DNA of 34,030 nucleotides from an uncultured Myxococcales bacterium (GTDB taxonomy: Bacteria; Myxococcota_A; UBA9042). The DNA is taken from assembly GCA_937915965.1 (NCBI GenBank), contig CALGHC010000248.1, positions 1-34,030 of the forward strand, written 5' to 3'. The position numbers and the translations under genes were made by a program. A model generated the notes under the pieces. It was not told where the DNA came from, made no database searches, and saw nothing but the letters and a program-made list of their open reading frames with translations. Shown here piece after piece: positions 1-8,124 of this stretch (position 1 is the stretch's first letter; every line of letters begins with the position of its first letter).

Positions 1-53
1 CGGGCGACGATGGCAGGAAGCGATGTTCTTGGAGACGAGCACGATCGACGCCC

Positions 54-416
54 TCACGACTTGGTTTGGCGGGCGGGGGCCCGCTCGGAAGGGGTATAGC
101 GACCCGGAGGCACCGGGTCGAATCCGCCAGCGCAAAGTGGCTGGCACCGCAACAGGCGCCAGCCGATCAACAACAAAGCCCGAGCAACGATGTGTTGTGC
201 CAGCGCCCCGCGGGCGTAGACCGAACACGTCGGTTCGAATCGACAGGCAGGCGGCAACCGGGGTGACAACAACCGCTGATAGCCGGCAACCATCCCGTCG
301 AGCAGCCACGCCGTAGGACGCCGCCAGGTCGGCACGCTAGCGACCACGTCGCCAGCTGGTGTCGTCTCAACCGCGAAGTTGCGGTCCGACATGGGCGTGC
401 CCGGCGATTCATTCAA
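54..416 (-). CDS. yidD: Membrane protein insertion efficiency factor YidD
   Basis: Motifs YQRLLSP, CRFEPTCSVYA and RLLRCQPLCAGGFDPVP. The TTG start overlaps the rnpA stop (TTGA), with AGGAG upstream. Canonical position after rnpA. Confidence 0.93.
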   Translation of the reverse strand: MNESPGTPMSDRNFAVETTPAGDVVASVPTWRRPTAWLLDGMVAGYQRLLSPRLPPACRFEPTCSVYARGALAQHIVARALLLIGWRLLRCQPLCAGGFDPVPPGRYTPSERAPARQTKS

Positions 417-946
417 CGCCGATCTCCTTCGCGCTGAACCGCCCGCCTGCCTTGACTCGGTCCGTCTTGATTCGAAGCGCCAGCAGGCGGCTCGACGGTG
501 TTCGCGCCGACGGTGTTGCCGCCATGCGCGTCTGTGCCGATCGCAGGGCGGTCCTCCAAGACGGTGGACTTCAGCTGCGCCCGGCCCGCGAGCCAGGACA
601 GTTCACGGCAGACGGCGGCGAGGTCGGCATCTGGCCAGGGGCGGCGTACCGTGACCACCACGTCGATCGCGTCTGGCCACTGCCCGCGCAAACTGCGAAA
701 CGCCTCACGAATCAGGCGTCTGAGCCGCGCACGAGCGACCGCTGGACCCGCGCCACGCGACACCGCGAGGCCCAAGCGGCGTCCACCGCAGGTACCTGGA
801 CAGACCAGGAAGCCCAGACGGCGGCCGTAGACGCGGCGACCCTTGCGCATCACGAGATCAAAGTCACCGCGCGTGCGCAGCCGATCACTGCGCCCGAATG
901 TGCCGCAGGGGGCCGACAGCACCTGCCGATCGCCCACGCCGCGCAC
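413..946 (-). CDS. rnpA: Ribonuclease P protein component, with an approximately 50 aa C-terminal extension
   Basis: FGRSDRLRTRGDFDLV, RLGLAVSR, AVARARLRRLIREAFR and DVVV match the RnpA fold. The GTG start overlaps the rpmH stop (TAGTG). Synteny rpmH-rnpA-yidD. Confidence 0.92.
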   Translation of the reverse strand: MRGVGDRQVLSAPCGTFGRSDRLRTRGDFDLVMRKGRRVYGRRLGFLVCPGTCGGRRLGLAVSRGAGPAVARARLRRLIREAFRSLRGQWPDAIDVVVTVRRPWPDADLAAVCRELSWLAGRAQLKSTVLEDRPAIGTDAHGGNTVGANTVEPPAGASNQDGPSQGRRAVQREGDRR

Positions 947-1098
947 TACTTCTTGGGCACCGTGACGGCGAGCCGCTTGCGGCCCTTCGCCCGGCGGCGG
1001 TTGATCACGAGGCGTCCGTTCTTGGTCGACATGCGGACGCGAAAGCCGTGCGCGCGCTTGCGCGCGGTCCGGCTTGGGTTTCCAAGTCCCTTCTTCAC
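946..1098 (-). CDS. rpmH: 50S ribosomal protein bL34 (50 aa, not in the ORF track)
   Basis: Translated by hand: [50 protein letters not shown]. HGFRxRM and [10 protein letters not shown] are diagnostic. AGGGAG RBS precedes the GTG, and the gene is divergent from dnaA. Confidence 0.97.
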   Translation of the reverse strand: MKKGLGNPSRTARKRAHGFRVRMSTKNGRLVINRRRAKGRKRLAVTVPKK

Positions 1099-1418
1099 CT
1101 TAGTCTCCCTGTCTGCGACCCGTTGGGGTCGATCGGATGGCCACGCGTCCCCTTGCGGGGGACCTCACGCGGTCCAGGCACGCGGCCTGTCGGCTGAGTT
1201 GCGGCTGTCGGGTCGTGCGGTCTGTTGGCAGGGCGGCTCGCCGTTGCTTGGTCGTTTTGCCAGGCCGCCCGGCAGTGTTGCGTAGGGGAGATCTCCCCGT
1301 CATCGCTTGGGTTATCACCGAACTGGCGGGCCGGTCCAGTGGGAGGCCGAATCCTCTTCTTCAACGATTCCGGGTGATTCCTGCTTCCGCACGCATTCCC
1401 TTAGCGGAAAAGCCGCGT

Positions 1419-1448
1419 TAGCTAGCCATACGCCCATGCCCGTGTCAA
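1419..1448 (-). promoter_or_regulatory. Possible sigma70 promoter for the rpmH operon
   Basis: Perfect TTGACA (1448-1443), an 18-nt spacer, then a weak -10 TAGCTA that lacks the conserved final T. Confidence 0.3.
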
Positions 1449-1571
1449 CCAGAAGGGCCACTGACCCACTACCCGAAAAATCGATCTCGTGTCCTCTTGG
1501 GCGGTTGTCGATTTTGTGTGTCGCGGGGCCTTGTGCAGTCGCGCTCCGGGCGCTACGAGGGAGATGCAGGG

Positions 1572-1592
1572 TGTGGATCGTTCTGTGGATGC
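1572..1592. promoter_or_regulatory. Two DnaA-box-like sites upstream of dnaA
   Basis: TGTGGATCG (1572-1580) and TGTGGATGC (1584-1592), each 2 mismatches from TGTGGATAA, in the same orientation with a 12-bp period. Confidence 0.5.
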
Positions 1593-1697
1593 GATGCACT
1601 GAAGTCATTGATTCCGTTTCGCTCAGATCGAGGGGTCGAGCGAACGAATGCCATCGAACGATTCAATGCCGTTCAGTACTTGTGTGGTCGATGGGAT

Positions 1698-1727
1698 GAA
1701 GCTGGGTGAAGTTGGGTGAAGCTGGGC
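1698..1727. repeat. 10-bp tandem repeat x3 (GAAGYTGGGY)
   Basis: gaagctgggt gaagttgggt gaagctgggc, read directly. Confidence 0.8.
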
Positions 1728-2011
1728 AGGACAGCAAAGCCGAAACGACCAAGCGAGCTGAATCAGCGGGACCGAACGAAGCGCAAACCGGAGCCAATGG
1801 CTCACCATCGGCTTCGGCCGCAACAGGCTCAGGCCGCAACAAGCTTCGGCCACACCTGCTGAGACTTCGTAGAGGCTGCTCCAAACGGCGTAGCCAGAAC
1901 AAATGACGATGCCGTGCCGAGAGCATGTCGAGCGGGCCATTGCGGTCCGTGGCTGGTCTTGTTGCGTCTGTGTGGTCAAACCGACGAGCCGTTGTTAGAG
2001 GAAGACAGACG

Positions 2012-3361
2012 ATGCAAAGGTTGTGGTCGGAGACGCTCGGCAAGCTGCGAAAGACGACCGGTCACGCGGTGGTCGACTCGTGGTTTGCGCCGCTCGCGGT
2101 GCTGCCGGGCAGCGACACCGAGATGCACCTCGCCGTACCTGATCATCAGTTCCTCGACTACATCTCGACCCACCACCTCGACACGATCCGATCGGCCGTC
2201 GAGACGATCGCACGACGGCCGATCGCCTTGCGACTCAGCGTTCAGGGAGCGACGCCCGCATCAGTCACGCACGAACCGCGCCAAGGCAGCCTGGCAATCG
2301 ATGGGCGGCCCAGCGAGATCATTGGCCACCACCACGACGGCCTCGTTGAGCAGCTGACCTTCGATCGCTTCGTCGCTGGAATCTCCAATCAACTCGCCCA
2401 TGGCAGCGCGGTCGCTGTCTCCGAAGCACCCAACTCGGTCTTCAATCCCCTCTTCATCTACGGCGGCGTCGGCATCGGAAAGACCCATCTGCTGCACGCG
2501 ATAGGCCTGGCAACACGCCAGCGCTTCCCCGGTACGCGAATTCTCTACGTGTCAGCGGCGACCTTCATCGATGACGTCATCCACGCGATGCGTTCGGGCT
2601 CCAACAACACCCGCTCGACCGTGCGTGACCGCTACCGTCAGGTCGATCTTCTCCTCGTCGACGATGTCCAGTTCCTCCAGGGAAAGGATCGAACCCAAGA
2701 AGAGTTCTTCCACACGTTCAACGCGTTGCATCAATCCGGCAAGCAGATCGCGATGACCGGAGACCGCTTCCCCTCCGAACTCGACCAGCTTGAACAGCGT
2801 CTACGAAACCGCTTCGAATGGGGACTGGTCGCCGAGATCAAGGCGCCCGACCGCGAGCTGCGCTGCGCGATCCTCCTGCAAAAGGCCAGCCAGGCAGGCA
2901 TCTCGTTGCCGGTTGACGTGCTGCACTACCTCGCTGACCACTTGCGAAACAACGTCAGAGAGTTAGAGGGCGCCCTCAACAAGCTGCGTGCCCACAGCCG
3001 CATCGGCAAGCGGCCAATTGACCTGCAACTTGCCCGTGATGTGCTGGGACCGATCATCGATCTACCCGGCCGCAATTTGACCGTTGACGCCATCCAACGA
3101 GCTGCTGCGCGGCACTTCGGTTTGCGCATCACCGATCTCAAAGGCGACAAAAAGCACCGCTCAGTGGCTGTACCCCGGATGATCGCGATGTCGCTCGCCC
3201 GCAAGTACACCGAGCTGTCCTACCCGGAGCTCGGCCGGGTGTTCGGCGGCCGTGATCACTCCACTGTGATTCACGCTTGCAAGCGCATCGAGTGGCTACT
3301 ACAGACCGATACCCGCGTTCAGGGATCGGTGCAGGCCATCGAATCGGCGCTCGGCCGCTAG
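2012..3361 (+). CDS. dnaA: Chromosomal replication initiator DnaA
   Basis: Walker A GGVGIGKT, Walker B LLVDDVQF, QEEFFHTFN, NVRELEGAL and the domain IV motif GGRDHSTVIHA. ATG 2012 with a GAGGA RBS is preferred over 1925. Confidence 0.99.
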   Translation: MQRLWSETLGKLRKTTGHAVVDSWFAPLAVLPGSDTEMHLAVPDHQFLDYISTHHLDTIRSAVETIARRPIALRLSVQGATPASVTHEPRQGSLAIDGRPSEIIGHHHDGLVEQLTFDRFVAGISNQLAHGSAVAVSEAPNSVFNPLFIYGGVGIGKTHLLHAIGLATRQRFPGTRILYVSAATFIDDVIHAMRSGSNNTRSTVRDRYRQVDLLLVDDVQFLQGKDRTQEEFFHTFNALHQSGKQIAMTGDRFPSELDQLEQRLRNRFEWGLVAEIKAPDRELRCAILLQKASQAGISLPVDVLHYLADHLRNNVRELEGALNKLRAHSRIGKRPIDLQLARDVLGPIIDLPGRNLTVDAIQRAAARHFGLRITDLKGDKKHRSVAVPRMIAMSLARKYTELSYPELGRVFGGRDHSTVIHACKRIEWLLQTDTRVQGSVQAIESALGR

Positions 3362-3458
3362 GAGCCACAGCGACCGTTCCTTCGATTCCAGGCTGTCGCC
3401 GCACCGTCGCCAGACCGTCAACGCCAGACCGTCATCGCAAAACCGTCGCTGACCCGCT

Positions 3459-3506
3459 GTCGTAGCTTGGCGGCATCGATGAGTCGCAGCTTGGCGGCAT
3501 CGATGA
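3459..3506. repeat. 24-bp tandem duplication, preceded by degenerate ACCGTC..GCCAG repeats at 3403-3451
   Basis: gtcgtagcttggcggcatcgatga / gtcgcagcttggcggcatcgatga (1 mismatch). Confidence 0.85.
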
Positions 3507-3509
3507 CGA

Positions 3510-3810
3510 TAGATTGAAACAAAAACTCAATATCATTGATTAATCAATCATATGTTGGCTGTGAACATCCTGTGGATTGCGTCTTAGTACTCGGTTCGTT
3601 CTCTGGGGACAGCACGTGGATAGGCTGGTTATCGCCTGTGTATCATTTGGCGGTCTGCAGCGCGGCTGTGGACAACTGACCTTGGTCTGCCGCTTCGTTC
3701 ACAGATCCATCCACAGCGAGATCGCCTCCAATAATTCGAAATCATACATGTATCAGTCACAACTACCGAAGTCACAGCCTCTACTTCTTGTACTACTGAT
3801 CCTTTCCTAC
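3510..3810. other. oriC: Chromosomal replication origin oriC
   Basis: Lies in the dnaA-dnaN spacer with a local drop in GC. DnaA-box-like 9-mers start at 3560, 3571, 3615, 3637 and 3667 (TGTGGACAA), and in the opposite orientation at 3695, 3707, 3753 and 3768. The last is followed by GCCT and the DnaA-trio run CTA CTT CTT GTA CTA CTG (3781-3798). Confidence 0.9.
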
Positions 3811-4172
3811 CTAGACAGAAGAAGACACATGCACGCTGAGACGACGAGGTACGCAACTCACAGCGACACCTCATCTCGTCAGCGAGAGCGGCTGGCAGAT
3901 GGTTCATGTTGTTCGGACCGCGAAGCCGGCGCGTTGTGGTCGTCGCGAACGCCACCCTCATTCGCCGCCAATGCAGCCGTCGTCCCTTGCTCCGCGGCCG
4001 GGTTTGGAGGTAGAACAGCGACCCGCACACCGGGTCATCGCGCCAGGCGCAGCAGCGCCCGAACGCGGCGTGGCCAGGAGCTACAAGGCGGCCGAAAGAA
4101 CCCCCTGACGGTCGAGCGGTCTGCCGGTGCGTGGTGGACGATGCGGCGACCGCCGGATCAGGCGAGGAAGCG

Positions 4173-5306
4173 ATGAAAGCGACCATCGACAAGGGTGCCC
4201 TGCTGGTACCGCTCTACCGCGCTCAGGGCGTGATCGACCGCAAGGCGGCACACAACGTCCTGGGCTGTGTGCATGTCGCCGCCAGCGATGACGGTCTGAC
4301 ATTCACTGCGACCGATTACGACGTGACGGTTCGAGCGGAAGTAAGCGCGACCATCACTGAGCCTGGAGCTGCCCTCGTGAACGGCAAGACGCTGTTCGAC
4401 GTGGTGCGCGCCTTGCCAGATGGAGCGACGGTCGAGCTGTCCGCTGAAGACAATCACCGAGTCCGAGTCGAGGCTGGTCGGGCCTACTACCACCTCAACG
4501 GGATGGCTCCTGAGGAGTTCCCTGAGGTCGTCGAGGAGGGTGATGGTAAGAGCCTCCTGCTCGATAAGGTCCAGGTCGAAGCGATGTTGCGTCGCACGCT
4601 CTTCTCGGTGTCTGTGGATGACAGCAGGCCGGCGCTGAACGGCGTGCTTCTTGAGATCGAGGCCGCTGCGACCGAAGGACATGCGTTGCTTCGAATGGTC
4701 TCGACGGACGGTCATCGGCTCAGCAAGGTAGAGCGCACGATCGAGGCAAGCGACTACGATGGTACGGCATGGCGTTGCATCATCCATCGCCGCGGCGCCG
4801 CGGAGCTGCAGCGCATCTTTGAAGGCAGTGATCCGGCCGTGCGCATTGAGTTTCTCGGTCGCAACGTTGTCTTCTCAAGCGACAAGGCCAGGCTACAAGT
4901 ACGTCAAATTGAAGAGAACTTTCCAGAGTATCAGCGTGTGATCCCCGAGCAGGGCGATGTCACGGTGACCTTGTCCAAGGAAGCCCTGGGCGCGGCGATT
5001 CGCCGAGTCTCGTCGCTCGGCAGCGGCGGCAAGCATCACATGCTGCGCGTCGACCTCGATGAGGGCCGCCTGTCACTTGAGATGGTTCATCACGATTTTG
5101 GTGACGCACACGAGGAGATCGAGATCCCTGACTACGACGGTCAGAAGGTCTCGGTTGGCTTCAACCCGAAGTATCTACTCGATGTGTTCAGCGTCATCGA
5201 GGCCGAGACGGTGACGCTCGAGATGAGCGACCAGTTCTCACCTTGTCTGGTCACCAGCGAGGACGAGCCAGGTGCGATGTTCGTTGTGATGCCGATGCGC
5301 CTGTAG
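4173..5306 (+). CDS. dnaN: DNA polymerase III beta sliding clamp
   Basis: ATDYDV, RPALNGV, STDGHRL, FPEYQRVIP, GFNPKYLLD and the C-terminal VVMPMRL. ATG 4173 follows GAGG. Confidence 0.98.
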   Translation: MKATIDKGALLVPLYRAQGVIDRKAAHNVLGCVHVAASDDGLTFTATDYDVTVRAEVSATITEPGAALVNGKTLFDVVRALPDGATVELSAEDNHRVRVEAGRAYYHLNGMAPEEFPEVVEEGDGKSLLLDKVQVEAMLRRTLFSVSVDDSRPALNGVLLEIEAAATEGHALLRMVSTDGHRLSKVERTIEASDYDGTAWRCIIHRRGAAELQRIFEGSDPAVRIEFLGRNVVFSSDKARLQVRQIEENFPEYQRVIPEQGDVTVTLSKEALGAAIRRVSSLGSGGKHHMLRVDLDEGRLSLEMVHHDFGDAHEEIEIPDYDGQKVSVGFNPKYLLDVFSVIEAETVTLEMSDQFSPCLVTSEDEPGAMFVVMPMRL

Positions 5307-5346
5307 GCGGTTGAGTCTGTCCATGTGGGCCGATCGCCAAGCCTCT

Positions 5347-5390
5347 CGGAGGCTCTGATCAGTAGCAACGGAGGCTCTGATCGGTAGCGA
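5347..5390. repeat. 22-bp tandem duplication in the dnaN-recF spacer
   Basis: cggaggctctgatcagtagcaa / cggaggctctgatcggtagcga (2 mismatches); each copy contains GATC. Confidence 0.85.
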
Positions 5391-5484
5391 CGCGCGTCAT
5401 CGATGCCGACGGCTCGGGTAACGCGACTTGGCCTGGCTGGCAGCTGGCATTGGCGCACCCGGGCAAACCGGGATCGGGGGCAGT

Positions 5485-6771
5485 GTGTACATCGAGCGGC
5501 TCTACGCGGAACGATTCCGCAACATCGAGCGCCTCGAGCTGCTGCCCCATCCTCGCGTCAACATTCTCGAAGGAGATAACGGTCAGGGCAAGACCAACGT
5601 GCTTGAGGCCATCGTCGTGCTCGCCAGTCTGCGTAGCTTTCGCACCGGTCGGCTGTCCGAATGCATCGAGTTCGACGCCGATCAGTCGTCGATCGCCAGT
5701 CATGTGCAGCGTGGCGGCGCGTCCACCCACCTTGGTGTGCAGCTTGGACGGCGTCGTCACCGCGTCTTCGTCGATGGCAAAGCTGCCTCAACTACCTCGT
5801 CATACGCCGGGCGACTGGTGGCGGTGCTCTTCGGTCCTGGGGATCTCGCGCTGCCTCATGCCGATCCTGCCCTGCGGCGGCGCTGGCTCGATCGTGTCAT
5901 CTTCAATCACCATCCGATTCATCTCGCCGATCTGCGTCGCTACGAGCGCGGCCTCGCCAGCCGCAACGCGTTGCTCAAACAGCATCGTCGCGGAAGTCAC
6001 ATCGATGTCACCTTGATCGACGTATACGACCGTCTGGTCGCCGAACACGGTGCGGTGGTCTCTGAGCGACGGGCTACCTTCGTGGCCGACTTCGATCGAA
6101 GCCTGGCCGCGGTCTTTGGCGAGGTGGCCAGTCCCGGCCTCGTCTCGGGTCTGCGTTATGTGCCGCGTGGCGCCTTGAAGGACGCGGTGGATGTGGAGGC
6201 GAGGCGGGCGGTGTTGGCGAGCGAGCTGGCTGAGCGACGCAGCACGGACCTGCGCCTCGGCTATACGACCCGCGGGCCGCACCTCGACGATGTGGTCTTC
6301 GAACTTAACGGCAGGCCGGCGCGGGTTCATGCCAGCCAGGGCCAGTGTCGAGCTCTTGTACTGGCCGCCAAAATCGCTGAGATCACGAGCCTGGAGCGCA
6401 GCCTGGGCGAGTCTCCAGTGCTCTTGCTAGATGACGTCTCCAGCGAGTTGGACGCTGAGCGCAATCGCGCGTTGATGGCCCACCTTGAGGCTCTGGGCGG
6501 TCAGGTCTTCCTCACGACAACGGCGGCACGTCATATTCGTGTCGCGTCGCCGCGTCGCGTCTTTCTTGTTCGTGGCGGTGAGGTTCATCGGGCTGACGAG
6601 ATCGACGTCGAGGAGAAGGACGATGGCTTGGCGCCGAGCGCGGTGGAAGCGCCCGGAGCGGAAGCGTCTGGTCCGGTCACCGAGACAGGCGAAGCCGGCG
6701 TTGCAGACCTCACAGCGGCAAGTGCCGAAATGGCGCCAGGTGCTGAAAGTTCAAAACCTATGGATGGTTAG
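5485..6771 (+). CDS. recF: DNA replication and repair protein RecF, with an acidic C-terminal tail
   Basis: FRN, Walker A GDNGQGKTN, RRRWLD, GPHLDD, signature SQGQ and Walker B LLLDDVSSELD. GTG 5485 gives the typical N-terminus (MYIERL). Confidence 0.97.
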   Translation: MYIERLYAERFRNIERLELLPHPRVNILEGDNGQGKTNVLEAIVVLASLRSFRTGRLSECIEFDADQSSIASHVQRGGASTHLGVQLGRRRHRVFVDGKAASTTSSYAGRLVAVLFGPGDLALPHADPALRRRWLDRVIFNHHPIHLADLRRYERGLASRNALLKQHRRGSHIDVTLIDVYDRLVAEHGAVVSERRATFVADFDRSLAAVFGEVASPGLVSGLRYVPRGALKDAVDVEARRAVLASELAERRSTDLRLGYTTRGPHLDDVVFELNGRPARVHASQGQCRALVLAAKIAEITSLERSLGESPVLLLDDVSSELDAERNRALMAHLEALGGQVFLTTTAARHIRVASPRRVFLVRGGEVHRADEIDVEEKDDGLAPSAVEAPGAEASGPVTETGEAGVADLTAASAEMAPGAESSKPMDG

Positions 6772-6828
6772 TGGAATCTCGTTCGCGATGCGCGATGCGC
6801 TTGGCGAGGTCGGTGCAGGAGGTCAGCA

Positions 6829-8109
6829 GTGGAAGCATTTGAGATCGAGGGTGGGCTGCCGCTCAGCGGACGCGTACGACCATCGGGGAACAAGAACGAA
6901 GCGCTGCCCGCGCTGGCCGCCTCGCTGTTGACCAGCGAACCGGTGATCCTGAACAACATACCAAAGATAAAAGATGTCTTGGTGATGATCGAGGTCATGG
7001 TTGAGCTCGGCACGGAGGTGCAGTGGCTCGGTCCCAATCGGCTGCGCTTGCACACACCACAGCTGCGCAGCAACGAGGTCCCGCCGGCCTTGGGTCGGCG
7101 CGTGCGCGCGTCGATTCTCTTTGCCGGTGCGCTCCTTGGTCGGGCACGAGCCGTCGATCTGCCGCCGCCTGGCGGCGACGTCATCGGTCGGCGACGTCTT
7201 GACACCCATTTCGCTGGCTTTCAGCAGTTGGGCGCGCGCTTCGATACCGACGACGTCTATCGACTGCGCGCCGACCGCCTCGTTGGCGCCGATGTCTTCC
7301 TGGACGAGGCCTCGGTGACGGCGACCGAGAACCTGCTCATGGTTGCAGCCGTGTCGGAAGGAACGACCATTTTGCGCAACGCCGCCTGCGAACCGCACGT
7401 TCAAGGGATCGCGCGGCTGTTGATCGCGATGGGCGCGCGCATTGAGGGTGTCGGCAGCAACACCTTGCACATTGAAGGGGTCGAGAAGCTCGGCGGCGCG
7501 GAGTACACGATCGGGCCGGACTATCTTGAGATCGGTTCGCTCATGGGTCTGGCCGCGGTCACCGGCGGCGAGTTGATCGTCGAGGACGTGATCCCCGAGG
7601 ACCTGCGCATGATCCGCATGGTTTTTCGTCGCCTCGGTGTACAGAGCCAACTCGTCGGCGATGAGTTGCATGTGCCCGGTGGTCAGGATCTGGCCATTCA
7701 GGCCGACCTTCACAATCGGATCCCGAAGATCGACGACGCGATCTGGCCGCAGTTTCCCACCGACCTGATGTCCATCGCGATCACCGTGGCGACGCAGAGC
7801 CGGGGTACCGTCCTGTTCTTCGAGAAGATGTTCGAAGGCCGGATGTTCTTCGTCGACGCCTTGATCGGCATGGGCGCCCAGATCATCCTCTGCGACCCGC
7901 ACCGCGTCGTCGTTGTCGGTCCCGCGCAACTTTTTGGTGCCCGGCTGGAGAGTCCCGACGTGCGTGCCGGCATGTCCCTGTTGATCGCGGCGCTGGCGGC
8001 ACGCGGGACCAGCCGGATCTTCAACATTCGCCAGATCGATCGCGGCTACGAGCGCATTGACGAGAAGCTGCGTGGTCTAGGTGCTCGCATCAAGCGGGTT
8101 GAGCACTGA
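6829..8109 (+). CDS. murA: UDP-N-acetylglucosamine 1-carboxyvinyltransferase (Asp-type active-site loop)
   Basis: GNKN (Lys22), RAS, PGGDVIGRR, SVTATEN, NAACEP, FPTD, DVRAG and IDRGYE. AGGAGG RBS precedes the GTG. Confidence 0.97.
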   Translation: MEAFEIEGGLPLSGRVRPSGNKNEALPALAASLLTSEPVILNNIPKIKDVLVMIEVMVELGTEVQWLGPNRLRLHTPQLRSNEVPPALGRRVRASILFAGALLGRARAVDLPPPGGDVIGRRRLDTHFAGFQQLGARFDTDDVYRLRADRLVGADVFLDEASVTATENLLMVAAVSEGTTILRNAACEPHVQGIARLLIAMGARIEGVGSNTLHIEGVEKLGGAEYTIGPDYLEIGSLMGLAAVTGGELIVEDVIPEDLRMIRMVFRRLGVQSQLVGDELHVPGGQDLAIQADLHNRIPKIDDAIWPQFPTDLMSIAITVATQSRGTVLFFEKMFEGRMFFVDALIGMGAQIILCDPHRVVVVGPAQLFGARLESPDVRAGMSLLIAALAARGTSRIFNIRQIDRGYERIDEKLRGLGARIKRVEH

Positions 8110-8124
8110 CGCGCGGGGGGGCTC

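Noticed and set aside
1-57. Possible start of yidC (GTG overlapping the yidD stop, minus strand)
   Set aside because: Expected from synteny, but only 19 codons are visible and they carry no diagnostic motif.
1099-1420. RNase P RNA (rnpB) next to rnpA
   Set aside because: The conserved GAGGAAAGUCC and terminal P4 motifs were not found.
1095-2043. Several 60-130 aa ORFs in the rpmH-dnaA spacer
   Set aside because: No family motifs or convincing RBS; more likely regulatory DNA.
3577-4192. ORFs 3577-4176 (+) and 3629-4192 (-)
   Set aside because: They overlap oriC, have no recognisable motif and have atypical composition.
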